Assembly (NCBI GenBank): GCA_949372645.1
Contig: CASIAP010000009.1
Coordinates: forward strand, 65,107-129,106
Direction: 5' to 3'
DNA length: 64,000 bases
From: Candidatus Poseidoniaceae archaeon
Lineage (GTDB): Archaea > Thermoplasmatota > Poseidoniia > Poseidoniales > Poseidoniaceae
A model generated the notes under the pieces. That model saw nothing but the letters and a program-made list of their open reading frames with translations, did no database searches and was not told where the DNA came from. Below are positions 1 to 10,486 of the stretch, piece by piece. Every line of letters begins with the position of its first letter. The first letter of the stretch is position 1. The position numbers were made by a program, and so were the translations under genes.

Positions 1-72
1 TGGGAGGACCAATAGTAGGAGGCAGAGAATACCAGCTCCCCATCGAAAATACGATTCACGCATTCAAGACCC

Positions 73-1113
73 TCACATATCGTCCCAAACGTTCCAATCT
101 TTTGATTCAGTTTTTTTGCCTTTGAGTTCTTTCGTCTTTGAGTTTGCAGGACGATCTGTTGTTTTTACACCGTCACTCTCCCCACCAGTATCCCAGTCTG
201 ATATCTCAGAGATATTCGCTAACTTTTTCTTCAGTGGTTGTTGTTGAATTGGTGTTGGTGAGTCAGCAAACGGGTCCTGTACTTCTCGAACAGCATCAGG
301 AGTATCCCCTCGCATGAGCGCATAGACTTGTTCAGTTGTCATGAGTGTTCCCTGCATGACATCCTTCGACCCATCGACAAATCCATCATCAGGTTCCGAG
401 ATTTCACCAATATCTTCGTCAGCAATATCGCCCTCAAGCGGGATGTTCACACCCCGCATAGCAGCCATCATTTCTTCTTGACTTTCAAAAGATTTGAGCA
501 ATTCACCATCGCGCCCAATCACCCGTAATGCCCCATGAATCCTGTTGCTGCGAGTTGTATAAGCAACAACACCCGCAATTGGTAGTAAAATGAACCCTAA
601 GCAACAGATTCCAAATCCAAATATCAATCCACTTGATTCGAGCATTTTAAGCTCCCATCCATCAGTATGAACAATCCAAACAGTTTGTTCTTCACACCCT
701 TCATCAGGGCACGTGCTTTCGACCAACATTTGTCCGCTTTCTTCAGCAATCCATTGTTCATGAATTTCAAATTCAGTTCCATCTGAAGCCATTGGCCTCC
801 AATCCGAGAAACAGGAATTCGGGGTCAGCTCTTCGGTTGATGCATGGGTGACGTCAATGATGGGGCGCAATGTAATGTCCATATCATCCTCATCCTCCAA
901 GAAAATAGCCATGTAGCAGTCGCCTTTTTGGACATCAAAATTAGCTGAACCCGGTCCTTTAATTTGAGTAATAGCATTTTCTCTTGGGTCATAAACAGAA
1001 TCAAGCGCCTCGTCTTGTGCAGCAACAATGATACTTCCAATCACGAGTAAAAGAGCGCCCACAATTGCCAACCGCATTGGCCAGGATGACTTTCTTGCCG
1101 CCCCGTCTCCCAT
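73..1113 (-). CDS. hypothetical membrane protein (two TM segments, acidic/Lys-rich C-terminal region)
   Basis: 346-aa ORF. Hydrophobic segments LAIVGALLLVIGSIIVAA and GLIFGFGICCLGFILLPIAGVVAY. No family recognised. Confidence 0.5.
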   Translation of the reverse strand: MGDGAARKSSWPMRLAIVGALLLVIGSIIVAAQDEALDSVYDPRENAITQIKGPGSANFDVQKGDCYMAIFLEDEDDMDITLRPIIDVTHASTEELTPNSCFSDWRPMASDGTEFEIHEQWIAEESGQMLVESTCPDEGCEEQTVWIVHTDGWELKMLESSGLIFGFGICCLGFILLPIAGVVAYTTRSNRIHGALRVIGRDGELLKSFESQEEMMAAMRGVNIPLEGDIADEDIGEISEPDDGFVDGSKDVMQGTLMTTEQVYALMRGDTPDAVREVQDPFADSPTPIQQQPLKKKLANISEISDWDTGGESDGVKTTDRPANSKTKELKGKKTESKDWNVWDDM

Positions 1114-1155
1114 AGTTTGCCCTCAGCCTTCTTCCTCAATGAATCCTTGCGCCCG

Positions 1156-2253
1156 TCAAGCCAATCCTAATTCGGCTAATTTTTCCGGTAAATATGTTTC
1201 AGTCACGAAATCTAAGCCGTATTTTGCCAAGGATTGTTGTTCAGCTTTCATTCCGAGTTCTAACATCATGTTGATTTGTTCTTGCCACCAGCTGTCGGCA
1301 AATCTCGGATCTGTAAGTTCAGCATTTAATGCTTCAACATCCTTCTTTGACAACTCATCACTTGGCAATTCATACGCGACAATATCATCTGCAGTAATGC
1401 CCAGGTAGGTGGCCGATGGTGTTGCAAGATATTCGGAAATATGTGCAGTTTTAATAGCGCCATAAGCGATTGAAGCAAAGATACGGAAGGACCAGGGATC
1501 ACCGTCAAGGAAGACAACAACTGGTAAATCCCATTCTTCACTCATGCGTTTCATGATACGACGAGTTGAACGAGCAGGTTGTCCTTTGAGATGCAATAAA
1601 CCACAACGATACTCTTCATCAAACCCATTCTCAATCAAACGATCAAACATACCACCGGTCTCGATAGCCATGATGAAATCAATATCATGCTCAAGCAATT
1701 CTATTTTCTCTAATTCGACGTTATACGGTACGCCATATCCCGAATCACCGACGTCATCCCGGGCATTGATTCGCATCCATTCACCACGCCGATTGCGTTC
1801 ACGTAGAGTCAAATTTCCAATCATGCGCGCTCCGTCTTCTTCAGGGCGTAATTTGAAATCTTCTCGTAAACATTTGGTTACGATTTCTAAATCCTCTGCC
1901 AAGTTATTCGAATCATTTTGACTACCGAATTTACCCATGCCCCATCCTTCGGAGATATAGTACATTTCTCTCAAAGTAGAAGATTTTCCAGCGTCAAGCA
2001 TCTCCTCAATGAATTCAACAACGTGTAATGTTCGTAGCAATTGTTTAGCTGAACCAAGACTTGTTGCATCTCTTACTGATTGTTTTTTACCGTATTTGTA
2101 AACACCCAGCTTTTTATCAAAACCAATATTCGTTTTAGTTCGCACAGGGAGAGTCATCGTAGGAGGTTCACCTTTGACGATCCGATCATACATCTCTGCC
2201 ACGACGATGTGCATTGCGGTTTTTGTTTCTTCAGCGGTTCGTGTTCGAGACAT
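1156..2253 (-). CDS. top6A: DNA topoisomerase VI subunit A (Spo11-like)
   Basis: 365 aa with Top6A-type winged-helix and Toprim blocks (STLREMYYISEGW, IMAIETGGMFDRL, VVFLDGDPWSFRI). The start overlaps the top6B stop (TGATG at 2251-2255). Confidence 0.95.
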   Translation of the reverse strand: MSRTRTAEETKTAMHIVVAEMYDRIVKGEPPTMTLPVRTKTNIGFDKKLGVYKYGKKQSVRDATSLGSAKQLLRTLHVVEFIEEMLDAGKSSTLREMYYISEGWGMGKFGSQNDSNNLAEDLEIVTKCLREDFKLRPEEDGARMIGNLTLRERNRRGEWMRINARDDVGDSGYGVPYNVELEKIELLEHDIDFIMAIETGGMFDRLIENGFDEEYRCGLLHLKGQPARSTRRIMKRMSEEWDLPVVVFLDGDPWSFRIFASIAYGAIKTAHISEYLATPSATYLGITADDIVAYELPSDELSKKDVEALNAELTDPRFADSWWQEQINMMLELGMKAEQQSLAKYGLDFVTETYLPEKLAELGLA

Positions 2254-4343
2254 CAGACCTCACCTCCAAACAGGGTACGTTGGCCTTCAGGTGGGGCGAC
2301 AGCAGGCTCAACATTCTCTTCAACAGGCTCCTTTGAAACCTTTTTCTCTTCGGCTTCAGGTTCGGCCTCATCTTGAGGAGAATCGACGCCACTTTCTATC
2401 AAAATTTGTTCTTGACGACGAATTTCGAGAAGGAATTTTTCATCCATCTTTGTCGCTCCTATGACGTCTTGAGTCCCTCTAAACAAGACTTCAGTTTCTG
2501 TCCAATCTCCGCGTTCTAATCCGCCAAGGCTGTAAGCAATCGTTTTCTTTTCGCCAGGTTGTAATGATTCAAGTTTCCAAGCCCAGACGCCAAGCGCTTC
2601 CTTCCGACCCCCGGTTTCATTGTTCTCCATCACTGCCCCCGACTTTTCTGGCCATGTTGCCAGTATCGTGTAGGCGCGCACTCGGCTTGTATAATTGAAC
2701 AATACAATCTCAACATCGGTTTGCTTTGTTTGCTTATTCCATTCAGTAGTCGTCTCGGAGATAACTGCAGACATAATCTTGGTGATTGAGCCGGAAAGTT
2801 CCGGAACCGGGCGATCGAGAATTTCAGCTGATTTCTTAGCGATGGCTGGTAAAATATCATTGATGAGTTCGAACTTTTCCTTGGTTTTCGCCATTTTCTT
2901 TTTCTTTTCTAAATGCTTTCTTAAGCCTCGACCTACTTCGAGCATTGCCTTTCTTCCTTCTTCCATTACTTCCGCATTATCGGCGAGAGCTTCCTTTGCT
3001 TCGGAAGTAAACTGAACATTGGTACTGGCAAGGTGAACTAAGATTGCAGCAGGCCCTTTTGGCACACCCCTCCCTCCTGCTTGGTCTAATCCGTATTGGC
3101 GCCAATCAACACTCTCGATAGCTTTGGTAAGTAGGCAACCGCCTTGCTGATACATGAGTGGGACGCGATTGGCGAACCGTAGAATTTCAACAGGTTTATC
3201 TCCAGCCATAGCGCCTCCGAAAATCAATCCAACTTCAATTTGGAAAGGGTTCCCTTGCGTTACGCTTGGAACTCGAGTGAGCGTTGATACGAAACGAGAG
3301 TCAATTGTTTTCGAAAGACCTTTTTTAATGAGCAGTTCTTCAATTGGCGACAAACAATTCGTAGGAGGTTTGAGTAATTTTACGGGTAATCCGTTGAACA
3401 GCCGCTCACCCTGGAAGGCTTCCAAAAGTGCACGTATATCGTCGCCTTTGACCGTCTTGATTTTTCTAGTGCCGGCGATCTCTGCAGCTTCGCATAATTC
3501 TTTGCGGGCACGATTCGTCACACCTGAGAAATTATTGAGCAGGAAATGGTTCACATTCAAATCATTTGATTCAGCAACCATTCGTTGCAATTGACCCAAC
3601 TCAATGCCATGCGGATGAGGCTTGATACTTTCGACCTTTGTTGGAAGGCGTTCAGTGACTCGAGTCCAATGATGCTTTTCTCCATCGGGATCGGTAAAAA
3701 TTATTTCTGCGTGCGGGTTGACAATACTGGTCATGCGGAGGTATTGCCAAACACTCTGGCGGCCTTTCTGGTATTTTGCCTTCATTTCAGCAGTGACTTC
3801 AGTGCCGTGTTCTTTTCCAGTACCGTCCTCATTATACCAAATTTCACGTCCAGCGTTTGCCTTAGTCGCCTTATTCTTCCGTGTATCAAGCCCGATGTCA
3901 ACAAAAGCAGCTGTTGGTTCTGTAGCAATTTTTGAACGCACATGAGTTGTTCTACCGGTCGTGAGTTGACAATACATAACTACGCCAGTAATTCCGATTC
4001 CTTGCTGCCCTCGTGATTGGCGAATTGCGTGGAATCGAGAACCGAAAAGGAGCTGTCCAAAGACCTTCTCAATACTCTTTTGAGGTATTCCAGGGCCGTT
4101 ATCTTCAACAACCATTCGGATGATATCCTTCTGAGCATCGACCTTTGTGACTTGGATTCGGATGGTTGGCAGAATACGGGCCTCCTCGCATGCATCCAAT
4201 GCATTATCTACAGCTTCCTTTACTGCAGTGATGAGTGAACGTGCTAGGGAATCAAATCCGAGAAAATGCTTATTTTTTTCAAAAAACTCAGAAATTGCAA
4301 CTTGCTTTTGATTCGATGCGAGTTTTTGTGCGATGCCAGTCAT
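2253..4343 (-). CDS. top6B: DNA topoisomerase VI subunit B (GHKL ATPase) with long C-terminal extension
   Basis: 696 aa with a Bergerat-fold N-box (VKEAVDNALDACEE) and G-boxes (VEDNGPGIP, GQQGIGITG). It lies directly upstream of, and is coupled to, top6A. The C-terminal ~160 aa are extra and end in an acidic tail. Confidence 0.95.
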   Translation of the reverse strand: MTGIAQKLASNQKQVAISEFFEKNKHFLGFDSLARSLITAVKEAVDNALDACEEARILPTIRIQVTKVDAQKDIIRMVVEDNGPGIPQKSIEKVFGQLLFGSRFHAIRQSRGQQGIGITGVVMYCQLTTGRTTHVRSKIATEPTAAFVDIGLDTRKNKATKANAGREIWYNEDGTGKEHGTEVTAEMKAKYQKGRQSVWQYLRMTSIVNPHAEIIFTDPDGEKHHWTRVTERLPTKVESIKPHPHGIELGQLQRMVAESNDLNVNHFLLNNFSGVTNRARKELCEAAEIAGTRKIKTVKGDDIRALLEAFQGERLFNGLPVKLLKPPTNCLSPIEELLIKKGLSKTIDSRFVSTLTRVPSVTQGNPFQIEVGLIFGGAMAGDKPVEILRFANRVPLMYQQGGCLLTKAIESVDWRQYGLDQAGGRGVPKGPAAILVHLASTNVQFTSEAKEALADNAEVMEEGRKAMLEVGRGLRKHLEKKKKMAKTKEKFELINDILPAIAKKSAEILDRPVPELSGSITKIMSAVISETTTEWNKQTKQTDVEIVLFNYTSRVRAYTILATWPEKSGAVMENNETGGRKEALGVWAWKLESLQPGEKKTIAYSLGGLERGDWTETEVLFRGTQDVIGATKMDEKFLLEIRRQEQILIESGVDSPQDEAEPEAEEKKVSKEPVEENVEPAVAPPEGQRTLFGGEV

Positions 4344-4486
4344 GGTATTCCCCCAACACAGGTCCTCCTTTGTCCCAATGACATCGGGCCTTTGTGGTAA
4401 GCAACCATGCCGCTCGACGGTTTTTAATGTCTAAGACAGAACATCATCAATGAACTTCTTTTTTCAGGATTTTGAGTCCTTCCAAA

Positions 4487-6475
4487 TCATTGAAACAATT
4501 CTTCATGCCAAGAGGCAATGATTCCCATGAATGCAGATGCTGCAACGGTCAACGGGCTGGCGAGGTAGAGTTTACCAGGCCCTGAACGCCCTTGAAAATT
4601 CCGATTAATTGCCGAAACAGTCACTTGTTCGGGCGTGATTGATACTCCTGGACCTGCACCAATACAAGCGCCGCATCCAGGATCGATGAGTTTGACGCCG
4701 ACTCGCCCGAACAAGTCATGCCATCCTTCATTGACTGCCAAATCTTTAACGATACCAGATCCATATTGAATATAGAAATCAACTCCATCTTTGACTACGA
4801 GGCCCGCGTCTTCAGCAGCTTGGCAAACTTGAGCATAGTAGGCAACATCATCAGCTTTCCCAGCAGTGCATGAGCCGCCGTAAGCGATATCGATGGACAC
4901 ATCGCCAATTTCAGCAATGTTTGCACCGTTGGTTGGGTCACTCGGAATCCCTTCATCAGGATTGCCCGGGTGAGCAACCATTGGTTGAATCTCTGACATA
5001 TTGATGGTATGAACTCCACCATGGTATTGAGCCCCTTCATCGGCATGAACTGCCCGACTCTTCTGAGTCTCCAAATCCAAATGCGGTTGAGATTTAATCA
5101 TCCAATCGAACAGCGAGTCATCAGCTTCACAAATTCCAGTTCGACCAGAACATTCTGTGGCCATGTTACAGAGTGTAGCTCGCTCATCAACGGAAAGACT
5201 CGCTAATCCTTCTCCACCAAATTCCATACTTCGATTCAAGGTTAATTCTTCTCGTGCATGGTCTGCTAAGATGTAGAGGATGACGTCTTTGGCGGTGCAA
5301 CCCGGTACGAGTGTGCCGACCAATTCAAAACGAATTGATTCAGGGACTTTGATTGAGGTAAATCCAGCGCTGATGAGATTGGCATATTCAGTCGCCCCAA
5401 CACCCCAGGTAAGTGCGTTTGATGCGCCACCCATGCATGTATGAGAGTCTGTCGCCTGGATGAAATCACCCACTTCAATGAATTCTTCCCGAGCGACTTG
5501 GTGGCATATTCCTGGCGAGACGCCATCTTTAGCAGAGTAATCGCGAACCGAAGTATGCTTTTGGAATTCGACTTGCAGGTCGCGCAAAGTTTGAATTTTA
5601 TCCATATGCGGTACAAATTTAGGATTGTGATGGGCATAGAGTAGATGATCTTCAAAAACTGCGAATTTACTTGGATTTGGGAGCGTGTAGTCTTCACCGT
5701 ATTCATTTTGAAGGAAGGTATGAACCTGAGCGGTCGTGAACTCATGTGAATATCCACCCTGAACTTGGGCGATAACAGGGTCGCCCGGTTTGACGCATTG
5801 CCCATCAGCTTGCCCTACAAGATTACGCGCGATAATTTTCTCAGCCATGGTCATTGGGCGAGGAGGCGTATCCAGTGGTGGAAGTTCGATTTCTCCATTT
5901 TTGAGTGATTTCGCAAAAGCGAACAAACCGCCTTTCTCGAGAATAATTTGGGTGACTTTATCGTAGCGAGAAGTGAATTCCTCAAGGGCGATACTTTCGC
6001 CGTTTTGCAAACGTTTGAGCATTGAGTGGTCGCCCATAATTTGACCAAGGTTGATATTATTCTGTGCATGAATAGGGGCAAAAGATGCAGCTATGACGAT
6101 ATTAATCCCTGCCCAGCGTTCACATTGAGGGGCTGTTTCTCTTGAAGAGCCTGTGCCTTTCCGTTGTCCGGAAACAATCACTTCAAAGTTACCGTTTTTG
6201 AGAGCATTTTCATTGAAGACTCGTAATCCGTTATGCATCAATCCTGCGTATGCATTCTTTGCAATCTCGGCAGGATCATGATCAAAACAAACCCACGCAG
6301 GCGTCATGACGTCCGTATTGATGTCATCAAGTAAATCCTCAATCGTTAAATCTTCCATTTTTAAATCGAGCCCATCATACAATTGTTGCTTGATAAGTCC
6401 GAGGTCTTTGGTAAGAAAGAGAACCCTTTTCCCGGGGCTGAGGGAGATTTTTGCCGGCGGCCAATTGTCCCTCAT
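4487..6475 (-). CDS. aconitase-superfamily Fe-S hydro-lyase, single polypeptide with the swivel (LeuD-like) domain N-terminal to the catalytic domains
   Basis: 662 aa. The N-terminal ~160 aa carry a LeuD-like GQRKGTGSSRETAP block. The catalytic part follows, with ATDSHTCMGG, GGSCTAGK and DPGCGACIG cluster-ligand motifs. Confidence 0.85.
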   Translation of the reverse strand: MRDNWPPAKISLSPGKRVLFLTKDLGLIKQQLYDGLDLKMEDLTIEDLLDDINTDVMTPAWVCFDHDPAEIAKNAYAGLMHNGLRVFNENALKNGNFEVIVSGQRKGTGSSRETAPQCERWAGINIVIAASFAPIHAQNNINLGQIMGDHSMLKRLQNGESIALEEFTSRYDKVTQIILEKGGLFAFAKSLKNGEIELPPLDTPPRPMTMAEKIIARNLVGQADGQCVKPGDPVIAQVQGGYSHEFTTAQVHTFLQNEYGEDYTLPNPSKFAVFEDHLLYAHHNPKFVPHMDKIQTLRDLQVEFQKHTSVRDYSAKDGVSPGICHQVAREEFIEVGDFIQATDSHTCMGGASNALTWGVGATEYANLISAGFTSIKVPESIRFELVGTLVPGCTAKDVILYILADHAREELTLNRSMEFGGEGLASLSVDERATLCNMATECSGRTGICEADDSLFDWMIKSQPHLDLETQKSRAVHADEGAQYHGGVHTINMSEIQPMVAHPGNPDEGIPSDPTNGANIAEIGDVSIDIAYGGSCTAGKADDVAYYAQVCQAAEDAGLVVKDGVDFYIQYGSGIVKDLAVNEGWHDLFGRVGVKLIDPGCGACIGAGPGVSITPEQVTVSAINRNFQGRSGPGKLYLASPLTVAASAFMGIIASWHEELFQ

Positions 6476-6608
6476 CGCTCCCCCTCAAACCCTTTCAAGC
6501 GCTCAGTGTTGATAACCGGTTCGGGAAAAAACCATCAAGGAAAAGTCTAATTTTAGGATAAAAACACTGTTCCCGCAATCCACAAGTTTAATACTATGGA
6601 TAATCAAG

Positions 6609-6616
6609 TTTAAATA
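6609..6616 (+). promoter_or_regulatory. candidate archaeal TATA box (TTTAAATA) in the tfb / aconitase divergent intergenic region
   Basis: Exact match to the TTTAWATA consensus, ~76 nt upstream of the tfb ATG. A second TATA-like TATAATAA sits at 6633-6640. The TSS is unknown. Confidence 0.3.
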
Positions 6617-6691
6617 AGATTGGATTTCGGTGTATAATAAGGTTCCCTCGTACGCTGTGCCATAATGCTCGGCGAGGGCGAAAAATGAGGA

Positions 6692-7624
6692 ATGGATATG
6701 GATGAACAACAAGTAGAAGATATCGTAAAATGCAGTGATTGTGCAGGTCGAAATTTAACTCGTGACGAGACTCGTGGCGAAGTCGTTTGTGATGACTGTG
6801 GATTGGTTTTAGAAGACAATGTTATTGACCAAGGCGCAGAATGGCGAGTGTTCTCTCCTGAACAAGGAGATCAACGTGCCCGTACTGGTGCTCCAATGAC
6901 TGTCATGCTCCACGACAAAGGTCTCTCGACTGATATCGATTGGCAAAACAAAGATTACTCTGGAAAAACCATTAACTCCCGTTATAGATCACAATTCTAC
7001 CGAATGCGTAAGTGGCAAAAGCGAAGCAGAGTTTCTAATGCAACTGAGCGAAACTTAGCCATGGCTTTGGCTGAGCTGGACCGTATGGCAAGTCGACTTG
7101 AACTTCCGAAGTCTGTTCGTGAAGCAGCAGCAGTCAATTACAAGAAAGCAGTTGACAAGCGATTAATTCGTGGACGTTCGATTGAAGGTGTTGCAGCAGC
7201 ATCCCTTTACGCAGCTTGCCGCCAATGTGGAGTTCCCCGAACACTTGATGAAATTGGTCAAGCATCCCGTACTGGTCGTAAAGAAATCGGTCGTACCTAC
7301 CGTTTCATGGTTCGTGAACTCAAAATGAAGATTATGCCAACAGGCCCAGAAGATTACATCTCCAGATTCTGTTCTGGACTTGGACTCGATGCTGAGGTTG
7401 AAGCAAAGGCTTACGAACTCATCAAAGCAGCTCAAGAGAAGGAATTGACAAGTGGCCGTGGACCTACTGGAATTGCAGCCTCTATCATTTACATCGCTTC
7501 TGTCCTGTGCGGAAAGCGCAGAACTCAGCGTGAAGTTGCTGAAGTCGCCGGTGTAACTGAAGTAACTATTCGTAACCGTTACAAGGAACTCATTCAAAAT
7601 CTCAATATCGAACTTGATATTTGA
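6692..7624 (+). CDS. tfb: transcription initiation factor IIB (TFB)
   Basis: 310 aa. N-terminal zinc ribbon [25 protein letters not shown]-finger region, then two cyclin-fold repeats ([29 protein letters not shown]). Confidence 0.95.
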   Translation: MDMDEQQVEDIVKCSDCAGRNLTRDETRGEVVCDDCGLVLEDNVIDQGAEWRVFSPEQGDQRARTGAPMTVMLHDKGLSTDIDWQNKDYSGKTINSRYRSQFYRMRKWQKRSRVSNATERNLAMALAELDRMASRLELPKSVREAAAVNYKKAVDKRLIRGRSIEGVAAASLYAACRQCGVPRTLDEIGQASRTGRKEIGRTYRFMVRELKMKIMPTGPEDYISRFCSGLGLDAEVEAKAYELIKAAQEKELTSGRGPTGIAASIIYIASVLCGKRRTQREVAEVAGVTEVTIRNRYKELIQNLNIELDI

Positions 7625-7657
7625 GCAGGGTGCCAGTTGAAACCTCGAGGTCTCATC

Positions 7658-9142
7658 ATGGGAAAAGAGCGAACTAAATTGTCAGACAATGTCTTCGAGG
7701 CAGTATCTGCTGGAATGGTTGAAGCATTGAAACGCGGCACGATTGCATGGCCTTTACCCCAACCCCCGATGACAGATCCAGACTTCCCACCAATCCCCCC
7801 GCAATCCCCCGAATCAGTTATTGAGCAGGGTATTGGTATTTTGCAAATGGACCGAGCAATGTTCGAATCAAATCTCAACACAGTTGTCGATTTGATCGTA
7901 CCCCATCGAATGAATCTCAGTGATGACCCCTTTACCGTTCATCAAAAATGGCTCCACCGGCGCGTTGACAAGGTTGCTGAAAGCCTCCTCTTTACAGTGA
8001 CAACCGATTGGTTGGCTCAAGCGTTTGACCACTCTGCTCCAAACACTGACCGTTGGTGGCTGGCAATATCACTCCTCAACGGCCTATCTACGACTGCTCA
8101 TGGCCAACCTGTTCACCAAGGATATCACCTTGTTGAATCGATTGCATTGGCTGAACGCCCTGGGACCTGGCACACACAACCGGATGCTGGCCCCCATCAA
8201 TCAGAATGGAACCCTCATGCAGTCATCCCTCGTAATTCAGGCGTTGTAGCACACGATGCTGGCGTTACAGCGGCACGTTGGTTGATTGAAAAATTGGAAA
8301 ACGATTCTCTCGATCGTCGTCTTTTGCTGATGGAATGGGTTCGCCTGCTCCTTCAACGACCAAACCTCATCGAACCTCTTGGACTTACCGAAATTCTTCT
8401 TCGCCGCGCCTCAGATCCCGAGGCTGAAGTCGCAGCACGCGTAACTCTTTGCTTGGCGAAGGCGATAGAATTCAACCGCGACACTGGACTTGAACTTGCA
8501 AAACGCCTCCATCAACGCGATGAACTTCTTGTCAAGCGAGGAATGGCGGATGTCCTCACTCGAATGTTCCGTCGACTCGAATGGGATGCAGTACCGTTTC
8601 TGAACGACATGCTCGCCGCCCAAGACGAAGGAGTCCTCGCTGCTGCAAGTGCAACCGTAGGGGATTTGAGATTCCTTGATTCTGAATTATGGGCCGACAC
8701 CATCGCCAAATTGGCACACCACCCCCTCCCCATTGTCCGGCGAAATTTGGTTCCCTTCCTACGCGATTATATCGAGCAATACCCCGAAGACCAACGCCAT
8801 CTTCTCCCAATTCTTTGGCAAGATGGTGACGAAGTCGTCCGTACACGGATGCGAGAATTATTGATGCGAATGGAAGAAGTATCGCCTGACCATTTTGCTG
8901 CACGCCTTCAAGACTTCAAAGCACAAGGCTGCTCACTCGAACCACTTTGGGAACCGCTCACACACCGGCGCCCTGAACGAAGCCGTCTATGGCAAGCTTG
9001 GTTTGCTGGCGAGGGTGAACAACCTACCCTGCCCGAAACACGCCCTGCACCTCACAGTGACATGGATGACTCAGGAGACTTACCGTCCGTAGAAGATGCC
9101 TATGAGATCTTAGATCAAGAACTCGGCTTCCTCGATGACTGA
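7658..9142 (+). CDS. hypothetical protein with HEAT/ARM-like helical repeats in the C-terminal half
   Basis: The ORF track starts at TTG 7637; the first ATG is 7658. Repeated helix pairs such as VKRGMADVLTRM, HPLPIVRRNLVPFLRDYI and DGDEVVRTRMRELLMRM. The family assignment is weak. Confidence 0.5.
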   Translation: MGKERTKLSDNVFEAVSAGMVEALKRGTIAWPLPQPPMTDPDFPPIPPQSPESVIEQGIGILQMDRAMFESNLNTVVDLIVPHRMNLSDDPFTVHQKWLHRRVDKVAESLLFTVTTDWLAQAFDHSAPNTDRWWLAISLLNGLSTTAHGQPVHQGYHLVESIALAERPGTWHTQPDAGPHQSEWNPHAVIPRNSGVVAHDAGVTAARWLIEKLENDSLDRRLLLMEWVRLLLQRPNLIEPLGLTEILLRRASDPEAEVAARVTLCLAKAIEFNRDTGLELAKRLHQRDELLVKRGMADVLTRMFRRLEWDAVPFLNDMLAAQDEGVLAAASATVGDLRFLDSELWADTIAKLAHHPLPIVRRNLVPFLRDYIEQYPEDQRHLLPILWQDGDEVVRTRMRELLMRMEEVSPDHFAARLQDFKAQGCSLEPLWEPLTHRRPERSRLWQAWFAGEGEQPTLPETRPAPHSDMDDSGDLPSVEDAYEILDQELGFLDD

Positions 9143-9144
9143 AA

Positions 9145-9621
9145 TCATTCTTCTTCAGAAGAAGAAGCCAATGGGCCAACGGTAACGAGCCCGACATAGA
9201 TTGCATTAAGAACAACTAAACTTCCGATGAGGGTTAGAATCATTCCCGTTGGTTCAGGTACCAACTCCTTTACATCAGCCCAGACCAGTACTTTGACACA
9301 TAATAAACATCCAAGTCCAAACAGTAAAACATTTCTCCACGTATCTTCAGGTGCTACCCACAAATTGATTGTCGGCGCTACACCTTTACGATCAAACGCC
9401 CATCGAAACCAAGCCAGGTAAAGCAATGTTAGACCGACTAATCCGAGCATGCCCCTTGAGAAAGAACGAGAGTCCCAAGGCCCTTCTGGTGTCAAATCAA
9501 CAAAAGATTGAGCCACCAAAACAACACCTACAACGGCGAACCATCGCCACTCATGAGTTCTGCCCATATTCCAAGGCAGAAGGGCGACGCTTGAAAGCCT
9601 ACGCCATCCAGCAGGTCTCAT
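9145..9621 (-). CDS. hypothetical integral membrane protein (about 4 TM), C-terminus SSSEEE
   Basis: 158-aa ORF, hydrophobic throughout. ATG 9621 overlaps the divergent ATG 9620 (CATG), so the internal ATG at 9567 may be the true start. Confidence 0.5.
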   Translation of the reverse strand: MRPAGWRRLSSVALLPWNMGRTHEWRWFAVVGVVLVAQSFVDLTPEGPWDSRSFSRGMLGLVGLTLLYLAWFRWAFDRKGVAPTINLWVAPEDTWRNVLLFGLGCLLCVKVLVWADVKELVPEPTGMILTLIGSLVVLNAIYVGLVTVGPLASSSEEE

Positions 9622-10486
9622 GGCGGTCGTTCAGGATGCCTTACTGGTTGCAGGAGGTCTTGGGACTCGAATGCTTCCGACCAGCGCCTCAGTGCCAAAG
9701 GAGGCCCTTCCACTTGTTGACGTACCAGCTCTAGTCCATCTTGCACGTGAGGCAGTCGCCGCAGGCGCACGGCGTCTTCACATCATCTCTTCTCCAAGAA
9801 AAGATATGAAGGCGTTGATTGGAGATCATGCTTGGCTTCAAGAAAAGCGACCAGACCTTGACCCTCAACTCCTTTCACCGTTCGCTGATGTAGAGGTCTT
9901 CATCCATATTCAGCATGAACCTCTTGGTTTAGGAAACGCTATCCAGTGTGCTTTAGACGAGGTTAATGGACCTTTTTTGGTCTTACTCGGCGATAATATA
10001 TTACTCGACCAACATACTTCGCCAAATGCCTTTTCACCTTCAAAAGCAAGCAAGAAATTAGTTGAAAGCTTCGAAAAGAATGGTCTCCCGTGCGTTGGTT
10101 TACTAACAGTCCACTCCGATGAAGTCTCAAACTATGGGGTCGTTCGTCAGGAAGGGGAAAGAATTCTTGAAATATGTGAGAAACCGTTGCCAGGAAATGC
10201 GCCATCAAATCTTGTTCTTTGTGGGCGTTATTTGTTTACTGCTGATGCCAAAAAATTATTGCAACACTACGACGTTGAAACCTATGGGGAACTTCAGTCG
10301 ATTGCTCTTCAACAGCATTGGATGAAAAACGATGGCCTCATCGGTGTTGAACTTACAAACTTCCAATGGTATGATTCTGGTAAACCCTTACCTTGGCTTC
10401 AAGCTCAGGTTGACCATGCTTTACGGCGTAACGATCTTTCGACATCATTCAGAGCATGGCTTCAAGAACGGCTTGCTGAAGATTAA
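9620..10486 (+). CDS. sugar-1-phosphate nucleotidyltransferase (UTP-glucose-1-phosphate uridylyltransferase-like)
   Basis: 288 aa. N-terminal LVAGGLGTRMLPTSASVPKEALPLVD signature of the GalU/RmlA fold, plus an LLGDNIL block. Confidence 0.8.
   Translation: MAVVQDALLVAGGLGTRMLPTSASVPKEALPLVDVPALVHLAREAVAAGARRLHIISSPRKDMKALIGDHAWLQEKRPDLDPQLLSPFADVEVFIHIQHEPLGLGNAIQCALDEVNGPFLVLLGDNILLDQHTSPNAFSPSKASKKLVESFEKNGLPCVGLLTVHSDEVSNYGVVRQEGERILEICEKPLPGNAPSNLVLCGRYLFTADAKKLLQHYDVETYGELQSIALQQHWMKNDGLIGVELTNFQWYDSGKPLPWLQAQVDHALRRNDLSTSFRAWLQERLAED

Noticed and set aside
4355-4373. AACACAGGTCCTCCTTTGT upstream of top6B resembles AACACAAGGTCCTCCCTTGT (60501-60520) and the half-site of the 61.2-kb palindromes. 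A CCACAAGGGT string also occurs at 42177, upstream of coxII.
   Set aside because: An 18/20 similarity with a gap is within what chance produces somewhere in 64 kb. The copy at 4355 does not form a good hairpin. I could not scan coding regions exhaustively by eye. A genome-wide motif count is needed before calling this a repeat family.
9619-9622. CATG in which divergent genes appear to share overlapping start codons (also at 13100-13103)
   Set aside because: This is most likely an artefact of taking the longest ORF. Internal ATGs (9567 on the minus strand; 13206 on the plus strand) give sensible N-termini and leave room for promoters.
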